A DNA stretch of 64,000 nt, from positions 288,001 to 352,000 of the forward strand of contig CAWBAN010000001.1 in NCBI GenBank assembly GCA_963786935.1, given 5' to 3'. Positions 64,000 through 64,000 of this stretch are shown here, one piece after another; the first letter of the stretch is position 1, and the number at the start of each line of letters is the position of its first letter. Origin of the DNA: an uncultured bacterium (GTDB lineage: Bacteria > Krumholzibacteriota > Krumholzibacteriia > Krumholzibacteriales > Krumholzibacteriaceae). The notes under the pieces are model-generated. The model had not been told where the DNA came from. It made no database searches and saw nothing but the letters and a program-made list of their open reading frames with translations. Position numbers and translations under genes: made by a program.

Positions 64000-64000
64000 G

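Overview
GC-rich bacterial chromosomal window. The gene content (C25 gingipain-type protease with a FlgD-Ig/T9SS-like C-terminus, FTCD, NamZ) suggests an anaerobic, probably uncultured FCB-group lineage such as Ca. Krumholzibacteriota/Latescibacterota; this is inference and needs 16S classification. In order, the window holds: tolB-pal-cpoB; two CNNM/CorC paralogs; a DUF1611 protein; a pair of PD-(D/E)XK-fold genes; a TetR gene divergent from rnfABCDGE; a convergent ftcd-pgi-apbE-cytochrome c-membrane protein operon ending in an unlisted 31-aa ORF; an SbcD/YhaN-like pair; namZ-murU-amgK; an orphan peptide-binding protein; a ParA-glycogen-binding (CBM48) fusion with a degenerate ParA-like partner; a matrixin-type lipoprotein; clpB; a 1657-aa C25 protease; acyl-CoA dehydrogenase-etfBA-fadF-like; ferredoxin; an UshA-like CGC protein; yhaM-alr-deoB-deoC; PBP1A; a complete rrn operon (16S-tRNA-Ile-tRNA-Ala-23S-5S); and a partial GT39 gene. 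No CRISPR array, IS or prophage was seen. The best candidate for a new system is the ParA-CBM48 operon (29285-31493), a possible glycogen-granule positioning system. Next is the ApbE-cytochrome c-His-membrane protein-microprotein module beside rnf. Three apparent one-base deletions (clpB, deoB, the ORF at 62249) look like sequencing errors, and one of them creates a probably false DeoB-DeoC fusion.
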